Part shown: positions 52,738 through 64,000 of the stretch, piece by piece
Layout of the letters: each line of letters starts with the position of its first letter
Position numbering within the stretch: the first letter of the stretch is position 1
Source of the DNA: Leucoraja erinacea
Lineage: Eukaryota
Length of the DNA stretch: 64,000 nucleotides
Direction of reading: 5' to 3'
Assembly (NCBI RefSeq): GCF_028641065.1
Contig: NC_073384.1
Location: 16,926,001 to 16,990,000 of the forward strand
Position numbers and translations under genes: made by a program
Notes under the pieces: generated by a model
What the model was told of the DNA's origin: nothing
Seen by the model: the letters and a program-made list of their open reading frames with translations, nothing else
The model's database searches: none

Positions 52738-52765
52738 CTGAGGAAGGGTCTTGACCCGAAAAGTC
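52738..52765 (+). ncRNA. Minimal hammerhead-ribozyme-like motif in a Penelope-terminus repeat
   Basis: CTGAGGA-A-GGGTC-TT-GACCC-GAAA-AGTC: CUGAnGA box, stem II, GAAA box, GUC. Confidence 0.5.
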
Positions 52766-55158
52766 ACCCATTACTTCTCTCCAGAAATGTGGCCTGCCCT
52801 GCCGAGTTACTCCAGCTTTTTGTGTCTATCTGCGGTTTAAACCAGCATCTGAAATTCTTTCCTACTCATACCAGTCTTGAACTTTGGTCTTTAAATGACT
52901 CCCACGTTAGATGTGGACTGACCCAAGAACAGCTACTCCCAAATTAATCCCTCTAACTTGTGACCAAAAGTGTTGTAATTTGTTCCCCCCCAGTCCAGAT
53001 GTATCCTTAATCAGAACTATCTTAAAATTCTGATGGAGTTGTGAACACTGTTCCAAAAATGTTCTCCCACTGAAATGCCAATCACCATTACCTCTACCTG
53101 ACCCTCTACTGCCCGCACATGGAGATCTAGCAAAAACCTCAAACTAAATGAATATCATATCATAAGATCATGTGATCATAAGTGATAGGAGCAGAATTAG
53201 GTCATTCAGCCCATCAAGTCTACTCCACCATTCAATCATGGCTGATCTATCTCTCCCTTCTAACCCCATTCTCCTGCCTTCTCCCCCATAACCTCTGACA
53301 CCCGTACTAACCAATATTGTTATCCGAATGAGAACATTTTTAGTAAGCCTGGAAATAGATAATGAATTAGTTTAAGAACCTATTCAGTATGTAGGATCAA
53401 CAGATATCAAAACTATCAAACAGGACATAACTTGCAGCTTAATGTTCCAGGGTTTGATGTTTCAGGTGTGGTAGAGAGGGAGGTAAATGTACTGGAGGAG
53501 TTGCACTATTAATTGATGAAGGTTAGGCAGTGGATGTTGTAGACATGGATTTTAGTAATGTTTTTGATAAGTTCTCTCATGATAAACTGATCCAGAAATG
53601 TAAGATGTCTGTATTTCACGATGACTTGGTCATATGCATTCAGAAATGGCTTATTCATGGACACAGGGATGTGGAAGGAAGATATTCTGGTTGGAGGTCT
53701 GTGACTAGTGGGAATCTGCTATTCTAAGCCAATGTCCTTTGCCACAATTGCTCTGTGGGACAATGTGGAACTGACAGAGGTGGGAGATGAGGACAAGGGG
53801 AGCCCTATCCTTGTTCTGGGTGGACAGAGAGGGATTGAGAGCAGAAATGTGAGACTTGGTACATGAACAGTTGAGAGTCTTGTCAGCAATCAGTCTTTTT
53901 AACAGACATAGGAGAAGGGGATAGAGAGCTCAGTAATATGGCTTGAAGATGGCAACTCCTCCCTCATTGTCAGTAATGATGATGATGAAACTTTTGTGGA
54001 TATTGCCTCCATTTAATTTGCAGAAAGTATTTCATTAGGTTCCAAAAATGTGAGCACACAAGATATGAAGTAACTTTGTAAAACAAGAGACAGAGAAGTT
54101 CCATGATTCGCTGAGTGTGTCAAATGGCAATCCTTGGTAATCCTTAGGGATCTGCACTTTTAACCAGATGGGAGAATTCAGAGTTATATATAAAAGTAAA
54201 ATCAGATCTGAAGGAAAATCCTGGAAGCATTTAGCAGGTCAGACAGCAAAGTGGCAAGTGAAACTCAGTTCATAGTTTAGACAGTGACCGGATGTTCACA
54301 CTTGTTCACGTGATGTTCCATGTTTACAGACACGACTGAATTAGGAAGCAGAGGATGTCGTGCAAATTACAAAGGTACAGACAGAGGCATTGAGTGGCCA
54401 GACTATGGAAGATGGAATTTATTGCGGGAAAATATGTCGACATATATTTTAGATCCGTCAATATCAAACCACTCTCTTCTTAACGCGTGTCATCCCAGTT
54501 ATTTTGAACATCGTTTGGTGTTATATTTAAATTAATCATTCATGTATCCCAATCATGCCAGAGTTGCCTTTACTCACCAATGACTTTAAACAATAGTCTT
54601 ATCTTTTCAAGATCTTCCAGTGTCCAGTTGCTCTCTAATGCCAATCCCAAAGGAGTTGTGGTGTGCTCTGATCCAGAATGCCCAGATGCCCATCAGGGGG
54701 TTCGGCTACCAGGAGCTAACCAAGTTGGCCCTGCCCAAAATCTATCACTTCACAGTGTATAGGAAGGAACTGTAGATGCTGGTTTACGTTGTACATGGTT
54801 CATGTTACAATGACAATAAAGAAACTATTCTATTCTACACCGAAGGTAGACACAAAATGCTCGGTCGAGGTCGAGATTCAGGTCGAGACACTTCTTCAGA
54901 GCCAGAGGAGTAGCAGCGAGAAAGGGTGTTGCAGAACTCCCATCAGAGGAGAACCTCTTCGAGATAGGCATACCATGAGGAGATTTCGCAGTGAAACAGA
55001 CAAAGAGTGCTGGAAGGAACTGCAGATGCTCTTTTACATAAAAGATAGACACAAAATGTTGTGGTAACTCAGCAGGTCAGGAAGCATCTCTGGAGAACAG
55101 AAACAGATGGCATTTTGGGTCGAGACCCTTTTTCAGACACGAAGAAGGCCTGGTTGGT

Positions 55159-55186
55159 CTGAAGAAGGGTCTCGACCTGAAATGTC
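55159..55186 (+). ncRNA. Minimal hammerhead-ribozyme-like motif in a Penelope-terminus repeat
   Basis: CTGAAGA-AGGGTC-TC-GACCT-GAAA-TGTC. Confidence 0.5.
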
Positions 55187-55799
55187 ACCTATGCTTTTCT
55201 CCAGGGATGCTGCCTGACCCACTGAGTTACTATAGCATGTTGTGTCCATCGATCACTTCACACTTCTCTGGATTGAATTCCACATGCCACCCAATCAATG
55301 GACAATCTAGTGCTGCCCTCCAGTGGCAGCAAACATTCTTCTTCACTATCAGTAACACTGCCAAATTTTGATATTAACTGCAAGCTTCATAAATGTTGTA
55401 TTTTATGTTAACCAAAAGCAAGAGGCTGGGAAGAACCAATCCACAGAGCCTTCCATTTAAAAATTCTCTCAGCATCCGTCATCCTGTTTCACTCAAGCAG
55501 CTACTTCTCAACCCCTCCCACTCTGCTAATTTTTTACCCACATCATGCCTCCAATGCTTCTGCAACTATTTTTAATTTTGGTTCACTGTGTTTTGATCCC
55601 TCAACAAAGAGAAGTAGGTAATTCCTAACCAGGCCCCTCAAGCTTCCCTCACCATTCAATATGATCATGGCTGATCTGCCCAGAACTCATCTCATCCTCT
55701 GTGCACAATCGCCCTCAATCCTCCCGATCCCTCAAAAGGTTGTCTACCTCCACCTTAAGTACTTTTGATTGTCTAACTTCTACAACTCCCTGAGACAGA

Positions 55800-56100
55800 G
55801 TTTAGTGTAGTTTAGAGATACAGAGCGGAAACAGTCGCTTCAGCCCACTGAGTCCGCACCAACCAGCGATCCCTGCACATTAACACTATCCTAAATAAAC
55901 ACTTAAATCAAGCCAATTAACCTAAAAACCTGTATGCCTTTGGAGTGTGGGAGGAAACCAAAGATCTGAGAAAACCCACACGGTAATGGGGAGAATGTAC
56001 AAACTCTGTACAGACAGCACCCGCACTCGGGATCAAACCCGGGTCTCTGGCGCTGCAAGGGCTGTAAGGCAGCAACTCTACCGCTGCACCACCGTGCGCC
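55800..56100 (-). mobile_element. HE1-like tRNA SINE
   Basis: Reverse-complement GGCGCACGGTGGTGCAGCGGTAGAG head, body and tail. Confidence 0.75.
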
Positions 56101-58189
56101 CAATTTCAGAAATTCACTACTCTCTGCAAAAATGTCTACACACCTTAGTGTTTTAAATGACCAGGCATTTATTGTAATATGTTCCCTCAGTCAAGATTCT
56201 CTCACAAGTGCAAACATCTAAGCATCTACCCCATCACGCCGGAATCACCAGCTGATGTTGTAATAAAAGAGACCGGAGATGATCGATACTGTACGTGGTA
56301 ACTTTTAGTAGCGATCTGTATGATTGGTCAAACGGAGATTTGCCGTACGGGGGAAGCTTTAAGCTATCTATGATGAAGAAATGGATAGAGATAGTGAAGA
56401 ACATCAACCCCCATAGAAAGAGGGAGCAGGTGATAAACAAAAAGAGGAAAATAAGGGTCCTGTGTCTATAACACAAAGCAGGTGGTAGTGTTGTCAGTTA
56501 TAGTTGTACTGCTGTATATAACTTTAAGATTGAAGGACAAAGTAACTCTTACGTCCCTCTGGAGCAACAGCAAGGGAACGCCCAACAGGGATGGTATCCA
56601 GTCCCGCACTGATATTTTTATAATCTCTAGAACTGCCGTTACTGGGAAGGCAGGCTCTGTGCAAACTGGGAGCGGTCTTACACTGCACCGCAGATGGTAT
56701 GTTTATGGAACTACCTCAAATTCGGATCCATCAATTGCTCAATTTAATTAATAAGGAAAAACAAGGTCAAAATGCGTCCATCCCATACTGTTAGCAATTG
56801 AGTAGCAATCCATACAGTCAATTGGTCAGCCGACTTCATTGTGCTCTGCAAAGAGTGCAGGATCCAAAAGGCCAGTATTACAGTATCTTGTCGAAACCAG
56901 CCGAGAACATAAGTGAACACATTGCATGGCAAAAAGCTGGAGTAACTCAGTGGGGCAGGCAGCATCTCTGGAGAGAAGGAATGGGTGATATTTCAGGTCG
57001 CGATCCTTCTTCAAGTGTGATGTTTCAGGTCGATATCCTTCTTCAGATATAACTACATTCACTGAACCTTTTTTTCTCATTTATTATGTTGTTTACAGTG
57101 TACTATGTTTACATATTCTGTTGTGCTAATGAATTAAAGAATGTTGTTCTATCTGGGACATATGACAATAAAACACTCTTGACTCTTGACACATATCCTG
57201 CACTGCAATAAACAATCTGGTTGATGGGCGCAATGGTGGAAATTCTGCCACGATTTCTCTTGAATTTCCCCAACACTTAGAGAATGTTTAAACTTTTCCT
57301 AGCACCCTAGTTACCTAAAGAAAGAGACCTGCCTTTTACAATCCATATTTTGAAACATGTTTCGAAATAACGGTGTTCCTCATTGCTTAAATACAACTGC
57401 AATAATAGTTAGAAAAAGGAACTTGCAATTCCATTTTAACTCTTGAACTTCTACAGATATACAGTTGAGAACATATTGACTGGTTGCATCAGGGTTCGGC
57501 CACTCAAACACCCAGGAGTGAATAAGATTGCAAAAACTGGTGATCGCTGCCCAGTCCATCGTCGGTTCTGACCTCCCTATCATCAAAGGAAGTTACAGGA
57601 ATCACTGCCACAAAAAGGCAATAGACCATAAACAATAGGTGCAGGTGTAGGCCATTCAGCCCTTCGAGCCAGCACCACCATTTAATGTGATCATGGCTGA
57701 TCATCTCCAATCAGTACCTGGGTTCCTGCCTTCTCCCCGTATCCCCTGACTCCGCTATCTTTTAGAGCCCTATCTAGCTCTCTCTTGAAAGTATCCAGAG
57801 AACCGGCCTCCACCGACCTCTGAGGCAGAGAATTCCAGACTCACAACTCTCTGTGAGAAAAAGTGTCTCCTTTTCTCTGTTGTAAATTGCTTACCCCTTA
57901 TTTTTAAACTGTGGACCCTGGTTCATAAACTCATGGATATTTATGAATATTCTGCACATTCATTCCCAATTTGTAGTTTCATTTTCTTTTCATCTGAGCT
58001 CCACACTTCCACTCAGCACTGAAATGACCAACAATCCTTTTGGTAAAAGTACAAACACTGAATGTCAATGGATAAATCCTGTTCTATGTAAGTGTTTGTT
58101 GACTGTAATTGTGTTAAACTGAGCAGTATATCCTGAACAAAGCTAGTATTTTAGTAAAATTCATTTAGTATAGCCAATAGACAATAAAC

Positions 58190-58860
58190 AAGAGACAATA
58201 GGTGCAGTATTAGGCCATTTGGCCCTTTGAGCCAGCACCGCCATTCACTGTGAACATGGCTGATCATTCACAATCCTGCCTTCTCCCCATATCCCTATCT
58301 TTAAGAGCTTTATCGAACTCTCTCTTGAAAGCATCCAGAGAACTGGACTCCACTGCCTTCTGAGGCAGATAATTCCACAGATTCGTAACTCTCTGGGTGA
58401 AAATGTTTTTCCTCATCTCCGCTTTAAATGGTCTACCCCTTATTCTTAAACTGTGGCCCCTGGTTCTGGGCTCCCCCAACATCGGGAACATGTTTCCTGC
58501 CTCTAGCGTGTCCAAACCCTTGATAATCTTATGTTTCAATAAGATCCCCTCTAATCCTTCTAAACTCCACAGAGTATACAAGCCAAGCCGCTCCATTCGC
58601 TCAGCATATGACAGTCTCGCCATCCCGGTAATTAACCTTGTAAACCTACGCTACACTCCCTCAATAGCAAGAATGTCCTTCCTCAAATTAGGGGACCAAA
58701 ACTGCACACAATATTCCTGGTGTGGTCTCACTAGGGCCTGTACAACTGCAGAAGGACCTATTTGCTCCTATATTCAACTCCTCTTGTTATAAAGGCCAAC
58801 ATGCCATTCACTTTTTTCACTGCCTGCTGTATCTGCATGCTTACTTTCATTGACTAATAA
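58190..58860 (-). mobile_element. CR1 3' fragment
   Basis: TRGHSLRIRGRPF...FTQRVTNLWNYLP. Confidence 0.85.
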
Positions 58861-59089
58861 ACTAGGGAGCATGTTTGTGTCTGCAAAAAGCTTTTAGAGG
58901 CACCAAATGTGACAAAAGGACCATAAAGACACAAGTGTGTTGGAAGGAACTGCGGATGCTGGTTTACACCAAAGATAGACATACAAAGCTGCAGTAACTC
59001 AGCAGGTCAGGCATCATCTTTGGAAAATTTGGTGACATTTTGGGTCGAGAACCATCTTCAGACCAAAGAAGGGTCTCGATCCGTTTAAA

Positions 59090-60515
59090 ATCTCTTCCCT
59101 GTCCGGGAGACCAGACCTTTTCCCTGTCGGGTCTCCGTTGTCGTTGGGGCCTAGCACCGTGGAGCGGCCTCCAACCTGAACGACCCGGGGGCTCGGGAGA
59201 CTGCGGAGCTGCGGACTACTCACCATCGTGGGACGGGCTGGCCTCGGAGCGTGGGGAGCGGTGTTGATTCACTGCTGCGACTCGACTCCTGGGGCTCGGA
59301 GGCTCCAGCAACGCAGCCGCAGGTCCGGTGGACTGGGACATCGGTAGCTCGCGGGTCCGGGTGGAGAGACCGCTTACCGGAGCTCCCGCAACGCGATTTC
59401 TCCAGCCCGTGTCGCGGGGTTGGAATGACCTGGTGCGGGGTCGTACATCGCCCGGCGCGGCTTCATGGCCGTGGGACATTACAGCACCCGCCGGGGGCTC
59501 CAACATTGTGACTTTTAGATCGGGAGCGGGGCCGTAAATCGCCTGGCACGGCCTAAAATGGCCGTGGGACTTATCATCGCCCGCCTGGGGCTTGGACATC
59601 GGGAGAGACATGGAGAACAGGGGAGAGAAAAGAATTTGCCTTCCATCACAGGACTTTGTGCCTTCCATCACAGTGGGTTTTCGAGTGGGAGCGCTGTCCT
59701 GTACGGCTGCCAGTCCTGCAGCTATCCGTTTTTTACACTTATTTTTTATTATTTTTAGTACGTTAAAGTGTGTAGTCGGGGGGGTCTAATCTTTTTATGT
59801 GTGGGGGGTGGTGGGGGGGAAGGGGGAATCTGCTTTTTCAAGTCTCTACCTGGTCGGAGAGGCTGCCTTCCTCCGAGTAGCGCCTTCGACCTGTCCTCGT
59901 GGCCTACCAGCGGGTCCTGGAGCGACGTTTCCTGAGGGGACCTGGCCAGAACCTCGGCTTTGGCAGCAGCACAGCGCTGGAGCGCTATTGCGGAGCGGGC
60001 GATGCCTTGCCTGGGTCGCCGCGCTGGAACTCCAGTATGCTGGGACCGCTGACAATAACATCGTGGAGCCGCGGTTCTGTGGAGCGGCCAGCTGCGGCGC
60101 TGAACTTTGCATCCCGGAGCCTGGGATCTCTCGCCGAGATCGCCAGTGTGTGAAGCTCCGTCCAGCGTGGTCTGTTGGCTTGGAAGCCGCGAACTCAGGT
60201 AAGAAGGCGGCCGTTCCTGGCACCACAAGCTGCTGAGGGTTCTCCCGACGCCGGAGTACCATCATCCGGCGAGAACGGCCGGGAACATCGGGCCCCGTAA
60301 CGGCGACTGTGGAGGCCTCAATAGGCCCGACTCTGGGTGGACAAGAGGATGGGGACTGGACTTTGTGCCCTCCCCCACAGTGGGAACCTCTGTGGGGGGA
60401 TGTTTTTATGTTTTAATGTTAAACTTTTTGAATGTTGTATTTTTATTAGTGTGCTGCAAGGACATCTGAATTTCTCATGAATAAGGGGATTAATAAAGTA
60501 ATCTATCTATCTATG
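59090..60515 (+). mobile_element. Two adjacent GC-rich non-autonomous retroposon copies
   Basis: Bodies related to 61620-62235 and to 46186-46970 (reverse complement); ends AATAAAGTA(ATCT)n. Confidence 0.6.
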
Positions 60516-62237
60516 GATGTTTGTGTGAATTCAATTGTGTGTGTGTCTGTAGGAAATTGTCTTTGTTTGTATGGCTGTGGAAACGGAATTTTGTTTGAGC
60601 CTCACTGAGGCTCAAATTACAATAAATATTGTATTGTATAAGGCAGCTAATATAGTCAAGGATCTTTTTTACCCCAGCTATTCCCTCTTCTTCTCTCTCA
60701 TTTTGGGCAGAAGATATAAAAGCTTGAAACTACATACCACCAGATTCAGGAAAAGCTCTTCCCCACTGTTATTAAATTTCTGAAGAGATCTCCCTTAAGC
60801 TGGGGTGTCGGCCCGATCTTCCAACTTATCTCATTGCTGAAATTAAGACTTTTTCTCTGTAACTTCAAGAAGTAGAGGACATAGATTTAAGGTGAGGTAG
60901 GAAAGATTTAACAGGAACCTGAGGGGCAATGTTTTTACACAAAGGGTGGTAGGTGTATGGAAGGGGCTGCCAGAGGAGGTAGCTGAGGCATTATCACAAT
61001 GTTTCAAAAACATTTGGACAGGTACATGGATAAGATGTATAGAGGGATATTGGCCAAACAGAGGCAGGCGGGACTAGTTTAGACGGGGCATGTTGGTTGG
61101 CGTGGGTAAGTTGGTCGGTATGACTATAACTTTAATGCTATTATGCTACAACGTTATATTCTGTGTGGTAATTTTCTCTTTACACTACCTGTTGTACTTG
61201 TGTATGACTGGAGTGTACTCATGGAAAGTGTAATTTGTCTGGAAACAAAGCTTTTCACTATATCTCATTCAAGATTCAAGATTCAAGAGAGATAAGTTTT
61301 TTTGGCCTTCCATCACAGCGTTGTGATGAAAGTTGTACATTATGTTGTGTCTTGGGTCTAGCTTTATAAAGTCAGTTAGGCCTCATTTAGTATTGTGTGC
61401 TTCAGATCGATCCATTACAGGAGGCTTTGGTGAGGGAGCAGAAAAGGTTCACCTAGACTTGTCTGTGTATCAGCTATAAGGAGTGGTTGGACATCATGTT
61501 TGGTTTTCTCTGGGGCATTGGGGTCTGAGGGGTGACCTGATAGTTTATAAAATGATGAGAGGCGTAGATAGAGTAGATGAACAGAGCTTTTCGAGAATGA
61601 AAACATCAAATATCAATTATGCGAAGTGGCGGTGCCTAACGGCAACGGCTCGGCTGCAGTCCGTCTGTCTTTTAAAATTGTTTTTGTCCCATTAGATGTA
61701 TGTTTTTGGTTCTAATTTTTATTATTTTTTAACTGTGTATATGTAGGGGGTGGTGTGGGGGGTGAAACCGTTTAATTTCTTCCCTGTACGGGGACCTGAC
61801 CTTTTTCCCTGTCGGGTCTCCGGTGTTGTTGGGCATAAAATCGTGGAGCCCGCAGCTGCCTCCAACCTGAGAGCTCTAGTCGCGGACTCTGCGGACTCGC
61901 CATCGCGGAGCTGGCCGACTTCGGAGCGGGGACAGCTGTGGTGGCGCGCGATTGCAACCCGACTTCAGAGCTTCGGAGGCTCCGGCTGCAGGCCCGGTGG
62001 ACAGGAACATCGGTAGCTCGCAGGTCCCTGGTGGGAGACAACTTTTCGGAGCTCCCGCAATGGCAACTTCTCCCGCCGGAATCGCGGGGTTTAAATGACT
62101 CCAAGCAAGGCCTAACATTGCCCGGCGTGGCTTAAATGGCTGCCGGACTTACAATCGCCCGCCAGGGGCATTAAAATCATGAGCCCCAGTTGCCTCGATG
62201 CTGTAGTTGGACTGCTAGACCGCGGGATAAGAATAAA

Positions 62238-62712
62238 GACTGATTCCTGGGATGGCAGGACTTTCATATGAGGAAAGACTGGATAGACTCAGCTTGTACA
62301 CGTTGCAATTCAGAAGACTGAGGGGGGATCTTATAGAAACTTACAAAATTCTTAAGGGGTTGGACAGGCTAGATGCAGGAAGATTATTCCCGATGTTGGG
62401 GAAGTCCAGAACTAGGGATCACAGTTTAAGGATAAGAGGGAAAACTTTTAGGACCGAGATGAGGAAATCATTTTTTACACAGAGGGTGGTGAATCTGTGG
62501 AATTCTCTGCCACAGAAGGTAGTTGAGGCCAGTTCATTGGCTATATTTAAGAGGGAGTTAGATGTGGCCCTTGTGGCTAAAGGGATCAGTGGGTATGGAG
62601 AGAAGGCAGGGATGGGATACTGAGTTGGATGATCAGCCATGATCATATCAAATGGCGGTGCAGGCTCGAAGGGCTGAATGGATTATTCCTGCGCCTATTT
62701 TCTATGTTTCTA
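62238..62712 (+). mobile_element. CR1 3' fragment
   Basis: GLSYEERLDRL...RRLRGDLIETYKI...FFTQRVVNLWNSLP. Confidence 0.88.
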
Positions 62713-63244
62713 AGTAAAGGGAAGATAAGTCCGTAGAAGGGTTTCGGCCCGAAATGTTGCCTATTTCCTTCGCTCCACAGATGCTGCCGCACCCGCTGAG
62801 TTTCTCCAGCAATTTTGTCTACCAAAGGAAGAGATAAGACTTTTGCCTTCCATCACAGCGAGGAGCTGTTGGAGATTCACTGTGATGGATGTTTGTGTAA
62901 ATTGTGTTAAGTGTGTGTTTTTTTTTGTAATGTCATAACTTAGGAATTTCATAGGAATTAAATTTTGTTCAAACCTTGTCTGTTTGAATGACAATAAAAG
63001 ACATTCTATTCTACAAAGCTTTAAGGGTGAGAGGGTGAAAATTTAAAGGAGCTTTACAAGGTTATTTTTTTACACAGAGTGGTTCTGCTGAAGTAAGTGG
63101 TGAAAGCAGATATGAGAGAATGTTTCAGAGGAATTCAACAGGCAGGGAATAGAGGGACACCTACAATGTGCAGGAATTGTGGTTAGTTTGGGATTAAGCA
63201 AATCCCTTGATGAGTTTGAGTCATTAAAGTACACAAGAGTTTAG

Positions 63245-63663
63245 TCACTGGAGTTTAGAAGGATGAGGGGGATCTTATAGAAACATAAAATTATAAAAGG
63301 ACTGGACAAGCTAGATGCAGGAAAAATGTTCCCAATATTGGGCGAGTCCAGAACCAGGGGCCACAGTCTTAGAATAATGGAGAGGCCATTTAAGACTGAG
63401 GTGAGAAAAAACGTTTTCACCCAGAGAGTTGTGAATTTATGGAATTCCCTGCCACAGAGGGCAGTGGAGGCCAAGTCACTGGATGGATTTAAGAGAGAGT
63501 GAGATAGAGCTCTAGAGGCTAGTGGAGTCAAGGGATGTGGGGAGAAGGCCGGCACGGGTTATTGATAGGGGATGATCAGCCATGATCACAATTAATGGAG
63601 GTGCTGATTCGAAGGGCCGAATGGCCTCCTCCTCCACCTATTTTCTATGTTTCTATGTTTCTA
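63245..63663 (+). mobile_element. CR1 3' fragment
   Basis: RRMRGDL...TRGHSLRI...QRVVNLWNSLP and (TTTCTATG)n tail. Confidence 0.85.
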
Positions 63664-64000
63664 AGAGGGAATTTAGAGTTCAAGAAGAGGACATGGGATA
63701 GCTTTGGCAGGTAAGTAAATGAGAATCCTAAGAGATTCTGTAAGTAATGGAGAGCAAAAGAGTAAAGAGTGAGAGAATATGTCCATTTAAGGAGCAATGC
63801 AGTCATCTATGCTTGGATTCTTAAGCAGTGTATGAGATCCTAAATTAATATTTCTCATTGGTACTTACTGTGGAGGAAGTCGAGGAAGCTAAGGAGTTGT
63901 GGAATAAACACTGGAAGATCCAGTAAAGTAAGTCAGTTGTTTGAGGTCAGTCGTGAGTAAAGGCAACAGTGGCATGATATAGGGATACCTAAATAATTAA

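Noticed and set aside
54572-54700. Strong minus-strand donor (ATTG|gtgagt) as the missing leader exon
   Set aside because: The phase-1 frame (…LEDLEKIRLLFKVI) has no ATG after the upstream stop and is not signal-peptide-like. It could still be a non-coding exon, but nothing supports that.
11861-56100. tRNA genes at the GGTGCAGCGGTAGAG motifs
   Set aside because: These are tRNA-derived SINE heads that continue into SINE bodies; no complete cloverleaf is evident.
56234-56476. Hydrophobic minus-strand ORF (MCYRHRTLIFLFLF…) as leader or membrane protein
   Set aside because: Starts at TTG, has no suitable phase-1 donor after the hydrophobic stretch, and its hydrophobicity follows from the A/G-rich opposite strand.
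57311-57358. Short ATG-initiated minus-strand exon candidate (MFQNMDCKRQVSFF, AG|gtaact)
   Set aside because: Phase-2 donor is incompatible with the phase-1 V1 acceptor, and the peptide is not hydrophobic.
59014-62135. Numerous overlapping GC-rich ORFs (60-157 aa)
   Set aside because: They lie inside repeated GC-rich retroposon bodies, occur in several frames on both strands, and show no recognisable domain.

Overview
Vertebrate genomic DNA, most likely from a cartilaginous fish such as a skate or ray (inferred from HE1-like tRNA SINEs, abundant CR1/HER1-type LINEs and Penelope-terminus repeats). Most of the window is transposon-derived: a near full-length decayed CR1 LINE (~3.4-7.9 kb), a decayed DIRS1-type tyrosine-recombinase retrotransposon (~17.0-21.4 kb), and Penelope, Rex1/Babar, SINE and non-autonomous fragments. 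I found one host gene, on the minus strand (~22.3-47.8 kb), and rebuilt it by hand from canonical GT-AG splice sites. It has six V-set Ig exons (order A-B-C-B-C-B) that each end in a germline-joined J-like G-strand, an uncharged transmembrane exon, and three cytoplasmic exons carrying NPxY, ITIM (ILYADI) and ITSM (TEYAAI) motifs. The ten exons splice into one open frame of ~811 aa, not counting a leader exon I could not locate. This looks like a non-rearranging, antigen-receptor-like inhibitory immune receptor whose ectodomain grew from four to six domains by a recent ~7-8 kb intragenic duplication. I cannot assign a gene symbol.
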